Assembly: GCA_046563655.1 (NCBI GenBank)
Contig: JAJCTO010000015.1
Location: forward strand, 1 to 64,000
Direction of reading: 5' to 3'
Origin: Yuukianura sp. NJ FZ-2021
Lineage: Eukaryota
Length of the DNA stretch: 64,000 nt
Shown: piece after piece, positions 11,052 to 24,500 of the stretch
Numbering within the stretch: the stretch's first letter is position 1
How the letters are laid out: every line of letters starts with the position of its first letter
Position numbers and translations under genes: made by a program
The notes under the pieces: model-generated
Database searches by the model: none
Seen by the model: only the letters and a program-made list of their open reading frames with translations
What the model was told of the DNA's origin: nothing

Positions 11052-14000
11052 TTAAAAGTCTGGATGAACCGCACTGCCTCGGAGTTTATCTTGGGTTGGT
11101 AAACGGCACCCAGAGCAATGCCGAGCACCATTTTGTCGAAAACGACTTAAATTTGAGAGAATGAACATGCAAATGTGAGAATGAACAGAAAGTAAATCAC
11201 ATTTTTGAAATCCTTATAAAAAGTGCTACAGGAACGCACTTTCACTTGCCGTGTCGTCCCTCATCTCGTTACTTTTCTTTATGAAAATTTGTTTCAAGAA
11301 CCTCCACTCGGAGCGATGCCGGGTGAAAGTGAGTTACTTTTCTGAAAATCCTCCTGAAAAGTACTTCAGGAACCCAAGTTTGATTGGCGTGGATAGATCG
11401 CCATTAAATCTGGTTAGAGTGTGCTTAAAAGTCTGGATGAACCGCACTGCCTCGGAGTTTATCTTGGGTTGGTAAACGGCAAATTGAGCAATGCCGAGCA
11501 CCATTTTGTCGAAAACGACATAAATTTGAGAGAATGAACATGCAAATGTGAGAATGAACAGAAAGTAAATTGCATTTTTGAGATCCTCATAAAAAGTGCT
11601 ACAGGAACCCACTTTCACTTGCCGTGTCGTCCCTCATCTCGTTACTTTTCTTTATGAAAATTTGTTTCAAGAACCTCCACTCGGAGCGATGCCGGGTGAA
11701 AGTGAGTTACTTTTCTGAAATCCTCCTGAAAAGTACTTCAGGAACCCAAGTTTGATTGGCGTGGATAGATCGCCATTAAATCTGGTTAGAGTGTTTTTAA
11801 AAGTCTGGATGAACCGCACTGCCTCGGAGTTTATCTTGGGTTGGTAAACGGCACCCAGAGCAATGCCGAGCACCATTTTGTCGAAAACGACTTAAATTTG
11901 AGAGAATGAACATGCAAATGTGAGAATGAACAGAAAGTAAATTACATTTTTGAAATCCTCATAAAAAGTGCTACAGGAACGCACTTTCACTTGCTGTGTC
12001 GTGCCTCATCTTGTTACCTTTATTTATGAAAATTCAAGTTTTAAAACAAAGAATTCAAAAGAAATGCATTCCGGAACGATGCTAGGTAAAAGTCAACTAC
12101 CCTTTTGAGATCCTCATAAAAAGTGCTACAGGAACCCACTTTCACTTGCCGTGTCGTCCCTCATCTCGTTACTTTTCTTTATGAAAATTTGTTTCAAGAA
12201 CCTCCACTCGGAGCGATGCCGGGTGAAAATGAGTTACTTTTCTGAAATCCTCCTGAAAAGTACTTCAGGAACCCAAGTTTGATTGGCGTGGATAGATCGC
12301 CATTAAATCTGGTTAGAGTGTGCTTAAAAGTCTGGATGAACCGCACTGCCTCGGAGTTTATCTTGGGTTGGTAAACGGCAAATTGAGCAATGCCGAGCAC
12401 CATTTTGTCGAAAACGACTTAAATTTGACAGAATGAACATGCAAATGTGAGAATGAACAGAAAGTAAATTACATTTTTGAAATCCTCATAAAAAGTGCTA
12501 CAGGAACGCACTTTCACTTGCTGTGTCGTGCCTCATCTTGTTACCTTTATTTATGAAAATTCAAGTTTCAAAACAAAGAATTCAAAAGAAATGCATTCCG
12601 GAACGATGCTAGGTAAAAGTCAACTACCTTTTTGAGATCCTCATAAAAAGTTCTACAGGAACCCACTTTCACTTGCCGTGTCGTCCCTCATCTCGTTACT
12701 TTTCTTTATGAAAATTTGATTCAAGAACCTCCACTCAAAGCGATGCCGGGTGAAAATGAGTTACTTTTTTGAAATCCTCCTGAAAAGTACTTCAGGAACC
12801 CAAGTTTGATTGGCGTGGATAGATCGCCATTACATCTGGTTAGAGTGTGCTTAAAAGTCTGGATGAACCGCACTGCCCCGGAGTTTATCTTGGGTTGGTA
12901 AACGGCACCCAGAGCAATGCCGAGCACCATTTTGTCGAAAACGACTTAAATTTGTGAGAATGGACATGCAAATGTGAGAATGAACAGAAAGTAAATTACA
13001 TTTTTGAAATCCTCATAAATAGTGCTACAGGAACCCACTTTCACTTGCTGTGTCGTCCCTCATCTCGTTACTTTTCTTTATGAAAATTTGTTTCAAGAAC
13101 CTCCACTCGGAGCGATGCCGGGTGAAAGTGAGTTACTTTTCTGAAATCCTCCTGAAAAGTACTTCAGGAACCCAAGTTTGATTGGCGTGGATAGATCGCC
13201 ATTAAATCTGGTTAGAGTGTTTTTAAAAGTCTGGATGAACCGCACTGCCTCGGAGCTTATCTTGGGTTGGTAAACGGCACCCAGAGCAATGCCGAGCACC
13301 ATTTTGTTGAAAACGACTTAAATTTGAGAGAATGAACATGCAAATGTGAGAATGAACAGAAAGTAAATTACATTTTTGAAATCCTCATAAAAAGTGCTAC
13401 AGGAACGCACTTTCACTTGCTGTGTCGTGCCTCATCTTGTTACCTTTATTTATGAAAATTCAAGTTTCAAAACAAAGAATTCAAAAGAAATGCATTCCGG
13501 AACGATGCTAGGTAAAAGTCAACTACCTTTTTGAGATCCTCATAAAAAGTTCTACAGGAACCGACTTTCACTTGCCGTGTCGTCCCTCATCTCGTTACTT
13601 TTCTTTATGAAAATTTGATTCAAGAACCTCCACTCAAAGCGATGCCGGGTGAAAATGAGTTACTTTTTTGAAATCCTCCTGAAAAGTACTTCAGGAAACC
13701 AAGTTTGATTGGCGTGGATAGATCGCCATTACATCTGGTTAGAGTGTGCTTAAAAGTCTGGATGAACCGCACTGCCCCGGAGTTTATCTTGGGTTGGTAA
13801 ACGGCAAATTGAGCAATGCCGAGCACCATTTTGTCGAAAACGACTTAAATTTGACAGAATGAACATGCAAATGTGAGAATGAACAGAAAGTAAATTACAT
13901 TTTTGAAATCCTCATAAAAAGTGCTACAGGAACGCACTTTCACTTGCTGTGTCGTGCCTCATCTTGTTACCTTTATTTATGAAAATTCAAGTTTCAAAAC

Positions 14001-17000
14001 AAAGAATTCAAAAGAAATGCATTCCGGAACGATGCTAGGTAAAAGTCAACTACCTTTTTGAGATCCTCATAAAAAGTTCTACAGGAACCCACTTTCACTT
14101 GCCGTGTCGTCCCTCATCTCGTTACTTTTCTTTATGAAAATTTGATTCAAGAACCTCCACTCAAAGCGATGCCGGGTGAAAATGAGTTACTTTTTTGAAA
14201 TCCTCCTGAAAAGTACTTCAGGAACCCAAGTTTGATTGGCGTGGATAGATCGCCATTACATCTGGTTAGAGTGTGCTTAAAAGTCTGGATGAACCGCACT
14301 GCCCCGGAGTTTATCTTGGGTTGGTAAACGGCACCCAGAGCAATGCCGAGCACCATTTTGTCGAAAACGACTTAAATTTGAGAGAATGAACATGCAAATG
14401 TGAGAATGAACAGAAAGTAAATTACATTTTTGAAATCCTCATAAAAAGTGCTACAGGAACCCACTTTCACTTGCCGTGTCGTCCCTCATCTCGTTACTTT
14501 TCTTTATGAAAATTTGTTTCAAGAACCTCCACTCGGAGCGATGCCGGGTGAAAGTGAGTTACTTTTCTGAAATCCTCCTGAAAAGTACTTCAGGAACCCA
14601 AGTTTGATTGGCGTGGATAGATCGCCATTAAATCTGGTTAGAGTGTTTTTAAAAGTCTGGATGAACCGCACTGCCTCGGAGCTTATCTTGGGTTGGTAAA
14701 CGGCACCCAGAGCAATGCCGAGCACCATTTTGTTGAAAACGACTTAAATTTGAGAGAATGAACATGCAAATGTGCGAATGAACAGAAAGTAAATTACATT
14801 TTTGAAATCCTAATAAGAAGTGCTACAGGAACGCACTTTCAGTTGCTGTGTCGTGCCTCATCTTGTTACCTTTATTTATGAAAATTCAAGTTTCAAAACA
14901 AAGAATTCAAAAGAAATGCATTCCGGAACGATGCTAGGTAAAAGTCAACTACCTTTTTGAGATCCTCATAAAAAGTTCTACAGGAACCGACTTTCACTTG
15001 CCGTGTCGTCCCTCATCTCGTTACTTTTCTTTATGAAAATTTGATTCAAGAACCTCCACTCAAAGCGATGCCGGGTGAAAATGAGTTACTTTTTTGAAAT
15101 CCTCCTGAAAAGTACTTCAGGAAACCAAGTTTGATTGGCGTGGATAGATCGCCATTACATCTGGTTAGAGTGTGCTTAAAAGTCTGGATGAACCGCACTG
15201 CCCCGGAGTTTATCTTGGGTTGGTAAACGGCAAATTGAGCAATGCCGAGCACCATTTTGTCGAAAACGACATAAATTTGAGAGAATGAACATGCAAATGT
15301 GAGAATGAACAGAAAGTAAATTGCATTTTTGAGATTCTCATAAAAAGTGCTACAGGAACCCACTTTCACTTGCCGTGTCGTCCCTCATCTCGTTACTTTT
15401 CTTTATGAAAATTTGTTTCAAGAACCTCCACTCGGAGCGATGCCGGGTGAAAGTGAGTTACTTTTCTGAAATCCTCCTGAAAAGTACTTCAGGAACCCAA
15501 GTTTGATTGGCGTGGATAGATCGCCATTAAATCTGGTTAGAGTGTTTTTAAAAGTCTGGATGAACCGCACTGCCTCGGAGCTTATCTTGGGTTGGTAAAC
15601 GGCACCCAGAGCAATGCCGAGCACCATTTTGTTGAAAACGACTTAAATTTGAGAGAATGAACATGCAAATGTGCGAATGAACAGAAAGTAAATTACATTT
15701 TTGAAATCCTCATAAAAAGTGCTACAGGAACGCACTTTCACTTGCTGTGTCGTGCCTCATCTTGTTACCTTTATTTATGAAAATTCAAGTTTCAAAACAA
15801 AGAATTCAAAAGAAATGCATTCCGGAACGATGCTAGGTAAAAGTCAACTACCTTTTTGAGATCCTCATAAAAGTTCTACAGGAACCGACTTTCACTTGCC
15901 GTGTCGTCCCTCATCTCGTTACTTTTCTTTATGAAAATTTGATTCAAGAACCTCCACTCAAAGCGATGCCGGGTGAAAATGAGTTACTTTTTTGAAATCC
16001 TCCTGAAAAGTACTTCAGGAAACCAAGTTTGATTGGCGTGGATAGATCGCCATTACATCTGGTTAGAGTGTGCTTAAAAGTCTGGATGAACCGCACTGCC
16101 CCGGAGTTTATCTTGGGTTGGTAAACGGCAAATTGAGCAATGCCGAGCACCATTTTGTCGAAAACGACATAAATTTGAGAGAATGAACATGCAAATGTGA
16201 GAATGAACAGAAAGTAAATTGCATTTTTGAGATTCTCATAAAAAGTGCTACAGGAACCCACTTTCACTTGCCGTGTCGTCCCTCATCTCGTTACTTTTCT
16301 TTATGAAAATTTGTTTCAAGAACCTCCACTCGGAGCGATGCCGGGTGAAAGTGAGTTACTTTTCTGAAATCCTCCTGAAAAGTACTTCAGGAACCCAAGT
16401 TTGATTGGCGTGGATAGATCGCCATTAAATCTGGTTAGAGTGTTTTAAAAGTCTGGATGAACCGCACTGCCTCGGAGTTTATCTTGGGTTGGTAAACGGC
16501 ACCCAGAGCAATGCCGAGCACCATTTTGTCGAAAACGACTTAAATTTGAGAGAATGAACATGCAAATGTGAGAATGAACAGAAAGTAAATTACATTTTTG
16601 AAATCCTCATAAAAAGTGCTACAGGAACGCACTTTCACTTGCCGTGTCGTCCCTCATCTCGTTACTTTTCTTTATGAAAATTTGTTTCAAGAACCTCCAC
16701 TCAAAGCGATGCCGGGTGAAAATGAGTTACTTTTTTGAAATCATCCTGAAAAGTACTTCAGGAAACCAAGTTTGATTGGCGTGGATAGATCGCCATTAAA
16801 TCTGGTTAGAGTGTGCTTAAAAGTCTGGATGAACCGCACTGCCCCGGAGTTTATCTTGGGTTGGTAAACGGCAAATTGAGCAATGCCGAGCACCATTTTG
16901 TCGAAAACGACATAAAGTTGGGAGAATGAACATGCAAATGTGAGAATGAACAGAAAGTATATTGCATTTTTGAGATTCTCATAAAAAGTGCTACAGGAAC

Positions 17001-17192
17001 CCACTTTCACTTGCCGTGTCGTCCCTCATCTCGTTACTTTTCTTTATGAAAATTTGTTTCAAGAACCTCCACTCGGAGCGATGCCGGGTGAAAGTGAGTT
17101 ACTTTTCTGAAATCCTCCTGAAAAGTACTTCAGGAACCCAAGTTTGATTGGCGTGGATAGATCGCCATTAAATCTGGTTAGAGTGTTTTTAA

Positions 17193-17433
17193 CCCTTTCG
17201 CTACGGGTGACACAAATATGTGTCATTTAATAACAAACATCAGAGACGGATGACACATATAAATAAAATAAAATATTCATATAATTCATATAAATAAAAA
17301 CCGCTTTACATGTAATTTCATTTCCATGCCAACGAATCAAAGAAACCGTTGAACCGGTTTGAAAAAACCGATTTTCATCGTAAAATTCAGCCGTTGAGAT
17401 AACAACCAACAAAAAAATTCCGTAGCGAGAGGG
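17193..17433. mobile_element. piggyBac-type MITE copy 4, 241 bp, with internal indel
   Basis: TIRs and TTAA TSD are intact. TGTGTC is replaced by the 22-nt AATAAAATAAAATATTCATATA (17262-17283). Confidence 0.9.
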
Positions 17434-19446
17434 TTAAAAGTCTGGATGAACCGCACTGCCTCGGAGTTTATCTTGGGTTGGTAAACGGCACCCAGAGCAA
17501 TGCCGAGCACCATTTTGTCGAAAACGACTTAAATTTGAGAGAATGAACATGCAAATGTGAGAATGAACAGAAAGTATATTGCATTTTTGAGATTCTCATA
17601 AAAAGTGCTACAGGAACCCACTTTCACTTGCTGTGTCGTGCCTCATCTTGTTACCTTTATTTATGAAAATTCAAGTTTCAAAACAAAGAATTCAAAAGAA
17701 ATGCATTCCGGAACGATGCTAGGTAAAAGTCAACTACCTTTTTGAGATCCTCATAAAAAGTTCTACAGGAACCCACTTTCACTTGCCGTGTCGTCCCTCA
17801 TCTCGTTACTTTTCTTTATGAAAATTTGATTCAAGAACCTCCACTCAAAGCGATGCCGGGTGAAAATGAGTTACTTTTTTGAAATCCTCCTGAAAAGTAC
17901 TTCAGGAACCCAAGTTTGATTGGCGTGGATAGATCGCCATTAAATCTGGTTAGAGTGTGCTTAAAAGTCTGGATGAACCGCACTGCCCCGGAGTTTATCT
18001 TGGGTTGGTAAACGGCAAATTGAGCAATGCCGAGCACCATTTTGTCGAAAACGACATAAATTTGAGAGAATGAACATGCAAATGTGAGAATGAACAGAAA
18101 GTAAATTGCATTTTTGAGATTCTCATAAAAAGTGCTACAGGAACCCACTTTCACTTGCCGTGTCGTCCCTCATCTCGTTACTTTTCTTTATGAAAATTTG
18201 TTTCAAGAACCTACACTCGGAGCGATGCCGGGTGAAAGTGAGTTACTTTTCTGAAATCCTCCTGAAAAGTACTTCAGGAACCCAAGTTTGATTGCCGTGG
18301 ATAGATCGCCATTAAATCTGGTTAGAGTGTTTTTAAAAGTCTGGATGAACCGCACTGCCTCGGAGTTTATCTTGGGTTGGTAAACGGCACCCAGAGCAAT
18401 GCCGAGCACCATTTTGTTGAAAACGACATTGAGAGAATGAACATGCAAATGTGAGAATGAACAGAAAGTAAATTGCATTTTTGAGATTCTCATAAAAAGT
18501 GCTACAGGAACCCACTTTCACTTGCCGTGTCGTCCCTCATCTCGTTACTTTTCTTTATGAAAATTTGTTTCAAGAACCTCCACTCGGAGCGATGCCGGGT
18601 GAAAGTGAGTTACTTTTCTGAAATCCTCCTGAAAAGTACTTCAGGAACCCAAGTTTGATTGGCGTGGATAGATCGCCATTAAATCTGGTTAGAGTGTTTT
18701 AAAAGTCTGAATGAACCGCACTGCCTCGGAGTTTATCTTGGGTTGGTAAACGGCACCCAGAGCAATGCCGAGCACCATTTTGTCGAAAACGACTTAAATT
18801 TGAGAGAATGAACATGCAAATGTGAGAATGAACAGAAAGTAAATTACATTTTTGAAATCCTCATAAAAAGTGCTACAGGAACGCACTTTCACTTGCCGTG
18901 TCGTCCCTCATCTCGTTACTTTTCTTTATGAAAATTTGTTTCAAGAACCTCCACTCAAAGCGATGCCGGGTGAAAATGAGTTACTTTTTTGAAATCATCC
19001 TGAAAAGTACTTCAGGAAACCAAGTTTGATTGGCGTGGATAGATCGCCATTACATCTGGTTAGAGTGTGCTTAAAAGTCTGGATGAACCGCACTGCCCCG
19101 GAGTTTATCTTGGGTTGGTAAACGGCAAATTGAGCAATGCCGAGCACCATTTTGTCGAAAACGACATAAAGTTGGGAGAATGAACATGCAAATGTGAGAA
19201 TGAACAGAAAGTATATTGCATTTTTGAGATTCTCATAAAAAGTGCTACAGGAACCCACTTTCACTTGCCGTGTCGTCCCTCATCTCGTTACTTTTCTTTA
19301 TGAAAATTTGTTTCAAGAACCTCCACTCGGAGCGATGCCGGGTGAAAGTGAGTTACTTTTCTGAAATCCTCCTGAAAAGTACTTCAGGAACCCAAGTTTG
19401 ATTGGCGTGGATAGATCGCCATTAAATCTGGTTAGAGTGTTTTTAA

Positions 19447-19671
19447 CCCTTTCGCTACGGGTGACACAAATATGTGTCATTTAATAACAAACATCAGAGA
19501 CGGATGACACATATATGTGTCATTCATATAAATAAAAACCGCTTTACATGTAATTTCATTTCCATGCCAACGAATCAAAGAAACCGTTGAACCGGTTTGA
19601 AAAAACCGATTTTCATAGTAAAATTCAGCCGTTGAGATAACAACCAACAAAAAAATTCCGTAGCGAGAGGG
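19447..19671. mobile_element. piggyBac-type MITE copy 5, 225 bp
   Basis: Intact TIRs and TSD. One visible SNP (TTTCATAGTA vs TTTCATCGTA). Confidence 0.9.
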
Positions 19672-21315
19672 TTAAAAGTCTGGATGAACCGCACTGCCTC
19701 GGAGTTTATCTTGGGTTGGTAAACGGCACCCAGAGCAATGCCGAGCACCATTTTGTCGAAAACGACTTAAATTTGAGAGAATGAACATGCAAATGTGAGA
19801 ATGAACAGAAAGTAAATCACATTTTTGAAATCCTTATAAAAAGTGCTACAGGAACGCACTTTCACTTGCCGTGTCGTCCCTCATCTCGTTACTTTTCTTT
19901 ATGACAATTTGTTTCAAGAACCTCCACTCGGAGCGATGCCGGGTGAAAGTGAGTTACTTTTCTAAAATCCTCCTGAAAAGTACTTCAGGAACCCAAGTTT
20001 GATTGGCGTGGATAGATCGCCATTAAATCTGGTTAGAGTGTTTTTAAAAGTCTGGATGAACCGCACTGCCTCGGAGTTTATCTTGGGTTGGTAAACGGCA
20101 CCCAGAGCAATGCCGAGCACCATTTTGTCGAAAACGACTTAAATTTGAGAGAATGAACATGCAAATGTGAGAATGAACAGAAAGTAAATTACATTTTTGA
20201 AATCCTCATAAAAAGTGCTACAGGAACGCACTTTCACTTGCTGTGTCGTGCCTCATCTTGTTACCTTTATTTATGAAAATTCAAGTTTTAAAACAAAGAA
20301 TTCAAAAGAAATGCATTCCGGAACGATGCTAGGTAAAAGTCAACTACCCTTTTGAGATCCTCATAAAAAGTGCTACAGGAACCCACTTTCACTTGCCGTG
20401 TCGTCCCTCATCTCGTTACTTTTCTTTATGAAAATTTGTTTCAAGAACCTCCACTCGGAGCGATGCCGGGTGAAAATGAGTTACTTTTTGAAATCCTCCT
20501 GAAAAGTACTTCAGGAAACCAAGTTTGATTGGCGTGGATAGATCGCCATTAAATCTGGTTAGAGTGTTTTAAAAGTCTGGATGAACCGCACTGCCTCGGA
20601 GTTTATCTTGGGTTGGTAAACGGCACCCAGAGCAATGCCGAGCACCATTTTGTCGAAAACGACTTAAATTTGAGAGAATGAACATGCAAATGTGAGAATG
20701 AACAGAAAGTAAATTACATTTTTGAAATCCTCATAAAAAGTGCTACAGGAACGCACTTTCACTTGCTGTGTCATACCTCATATTGTTACTTTTCTTTATG
20801 AAAATTTGTTTCAAGAACCTCCACTCAAAGCGATGCCGGGTGAAAATGAGTTACTTTTTGAAATCCTCCTGAAAAGTACTTCAGGAAACCAAGTTTGATT
20901 GGCGTGGATAGATCGCCATTAAATCTGGTTAGAGTGTGCTTAAAAGTCTGGATGAACCGCACTGCCCCGGAGTTTATCTTGGGTTGGTAAACGGCAAATT
21001 GAGCAATGCCGAGCACCATTTTGTCGAAAACGACATAAAGTTGGGAGAATGAACATGCAAATGTGAGAATGAACAGAAAGTATATTGCATTTTTGAGATT
21101 CTCATAAAAAGTGCTACAGGAACCCACTTTCACTTGCCGTGTCGTCCCTCATCTCGTTACTTTTCTTTATGAAAATTTGTTTCAAGAACCTCCACTCGGA
21201 GCGATGCCGGGTGAAAGTGAGTTACTTTTCTGAAATCCTCCTGAAAAGTACTTCAGGAACCCAAGTTTGATTGGCGTGGATAGATCGCCATTAAATCTGG
21301 TTAGAGTGTTTTTAA

Positions 21316-21540
21316 CCCTTTCGCTACGGGTGACACAAATATGTGTCATTTAATAACAAACATCAGAGACGGATGACACATATATGTGTCATTCATATAA
21401 ATAAAAACCGCTTTACATGTAATTTCATTTCCATGCCAACGAATCAAAGAAACCGTTGAACCGGTTTGAAAAAACCGATTTTCATCGTAAAATTCAGCCG
21501 TTGAGATAACAACCAACAAAAAAATTCCGTAGCGAGAGGG
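21316..21540. mobile_element. piggyBac-type MITE copy 6, 225 bp
   Basis: Intact TIRs and TTAA TSD, at the same monomer position and in the same orientation as the others. Confidence 0.9.
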
Positions 21541-24500
21541 TTAAAAGTCTGGATGAACCGCACTGCCTCGGAGTTTATCTTGGGTTGGTAAACGGCACCC
21601 AGAGCAATGCCGAGCACCATTTTGTCGAAAACGACTTAAATTTGAGAGAATGAACATGCAAATGTGAGAATGAACAGAAAGTAAATTACATTTTTGAAAT
21701 CCTCATAAAAAGTGCTACAGGAACGCACTTTCACTTGCCGTGTCGTCCCTCATCTCGTTACTTTTCTTTATGAAAATTTGTTTCAAGAACCTCCACTCGG
21801 AGCGATGCCGGGTGAAAGTGAGTTACTTTTCTGAAATCCTCCTGAAAAGTACTTCAGGAACCCAAGTTTGATTGGCGTGGATAGATCGCCATTAAATCTG
21901 GTTAGAGTGTTTTTAAAAGTCTGGATGAACCGCACTGCCTCGGAGTTTATCTTGGGTTAGTAAACGGCACCCAGAGCAATGCCGAGCACCATTTTGTCGA
22001 AAACGACATAAATTTGACAGAATGAACATGCAAATGTGAGAATGAACAGAAAGTAAATTACATTTTTGAAATCCTCATAAAAAGTGCTACAGGAACGCAC
22101 TTTCACTTGCTGTGTCGTGCCTCATCTTGTTACCTTTATTTATGAAAATTCAAGTTTCAAAACAAAGAATTCAAAAGAAATGCATTCCGGAACGATGCTA
22201 GGTAAAAGTCAACTACCTTTTTGAGATCCTCATAAAAAGTTCTACAGGAACCCACTTTCACTTGCCGTGTCGTCCCTCATCTCGTTACTTTTCTTTATGA
22301 AAATTTGATTCAAGAACCTCCACTCAAAGCGATGCCGGGTGAAAATGAGTTACTTTTTTGAAATCCTCCTGAAAAGTACTTCAGGAACCCAAGTTTGATT
22401 GGCGTGGATAGATCGCCATTAAATCTGGTTAGAGTGTGCTTAAAAGTCTGGATGAACCGCACTGCCCCGGAGTTTATCTTGGGTTGGTAAACGGCAAATT
22501 GAGCAATGCCGAGCACCATTTTGTCGAAAACGACATAAATTTGAGAGAATGAACATGCAAATGTGAGAATGAACAGAAAGTAAATTGCATTTTTGAGATT
22601 CTCATAAAAAGTGCTACAGGAACGCACTTTCACTTGCCGTGTCGTCCCTCATCTCGTTACTTTTCTTTATGACAATTTGTTTCAAGAACCTCCACTCAAA
22701 GCGATGCCGGGTGAAAATGAGTTACTTTTCTGAAATCCTCCTGAAAAGTACTTCAGGAACCCAAGTTTGATTGGCGTGGATAGATCGCCATTAAATCTGG
22801 TTAGAGTGTGCTTAAAAGTCTGGATGAACCGCACTGCCCCGGAGTTTATCTTGGGTTGGTAAACGGCAAATTGAGCAATGCCGAGCACCATTTTGTCGAA
22901 AACGACATAAATTTGAGAGAATGAACATGCAAATGTGAGAATGAACAGAAAGTAAATTGCATTTTTGAGATTCTCATAAAAAGTGCTACAGGAACCCACT
23001 TTCACTTGCCGTGTCGTCCCTCATCTCGTTACTTTTCTTTATGAAAATTTGTTTCAAGAACCTCCACTCGGAGCGATGCCGGGTGAAAGTGAGTTACTTT
23101 TCTGAAATCCTCCTGAAAAGTACTTCAGGAACCCAAGTTTGATTGGCGTGGATAGATCGCCATTAAATCTGGTTAGAGTGTTTTAAAAGTCTGGATGAAC
23201 CGCACTGCCTCGGAGTTTATCTTGGGTTGGTAAACGGCACCCAGAGCAATGCCGAGCACCATTTTGTCGAAAACGACATAAATTTGAGAGAATGAACATG
23301 CAAATGTGAGAATGAACAGAAAGTAAATTGCATTTTTGAGATTCTCATAAAAAGTGCTACAGGAACCCACTTTCACTTGCCGTGTCGTCCCTCATCTCGT
23401 TACTTTTCTTTATGAAAATTTGTTTCAAGAACCTCCACTCGGAGCGATGCCGGGTGAAAGTGAGTTACTTTTCTGAAATCCTCCTGAAAAGTACTTCAGG
23501 AACCCAAGTTTGATTGGCGTGGATAGATCGCCATTAAATCTGGTTAGAGTGTTTTTAAAAGTCTGGATGAACCGCACTGCCTCGGAGTTTATCTTGGGTT
23601 GGTAAACGGCACCCAGAGCAATGCCGAGCACCATTTTGTTGAAAACGACATAAATTTGAGAGAATGAACATGCAAATGTGAGAATGAACAGAAAGTAAAT
23701 TGCATTTTTGAGATTCTCATAAAAAGTGCTACAGGAACCCACTTTCACTTGCCGTGTCGTCCCTCATCTCGTTACTTTTCTTTATGAAAATTTGTTTCAA
23801 GAACCTCCACTCGGAGCGATGCCGGGTGAAAGTGAGTTACTTTTCTGAAATCCTCCTGAAAAGTACTTCAGGAACCCAAGTTTGATTGGCGTGGATAGAT
23901 CGCCATTAAATCTGGTTAGAGTGTTTTTAAAAGTCTGGATGAACCGCACTGCCTCGGAGTTTATCTTGGGTTGGTAAACGGCACCCAGAGCAATGCCGAG
24001 CACCATTTTGTCGAAAACGACTTAAATTTGAAAGAATGAACATGCAAATGTGAGAATGAACAGAAAGTAAATTACATTTTTGAAATCCTCATAAAAAGTG
24101 CTACAGGAACGCACTTTCACTTGCCGTGTCGTCCCTCATCTCGTTACTTTTCTTTATGAAAATTTGTTTCAAGAACCTCCACTCGGAGCGATGCAGGGTG
24201 AAAATGAGTTACTTTTCTGAAAATCCTCCTGAAAAGTACTTCAGGAACCCAAGTTTGATTGGCGTGGATAGATCGCCATTAAATCTGGTTAGAGTGTTTT
24301 TAAAAGTCTGGATGAACCGCACTGCCTCGGAGTTTCTCTTGGGTTGGTAAACGGCACCCAGAGCAATGCCGAGCACCATTTTGTCGAAAACGACTTAAAT
24401 TTGAGAGAATGAACATGCAAATGTGAGAATGAACAGAAAGTAAATTACATTTTTGAAATCCTCATAAAAAGTGCTACAGGAACACACTTTCACTTGCTGT

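Noticed and set aside
17227..17412. 61-aa ORF inside MITE copy 4
   Set aside because: It is opened only by the copy-specific indel and has no transposase features.
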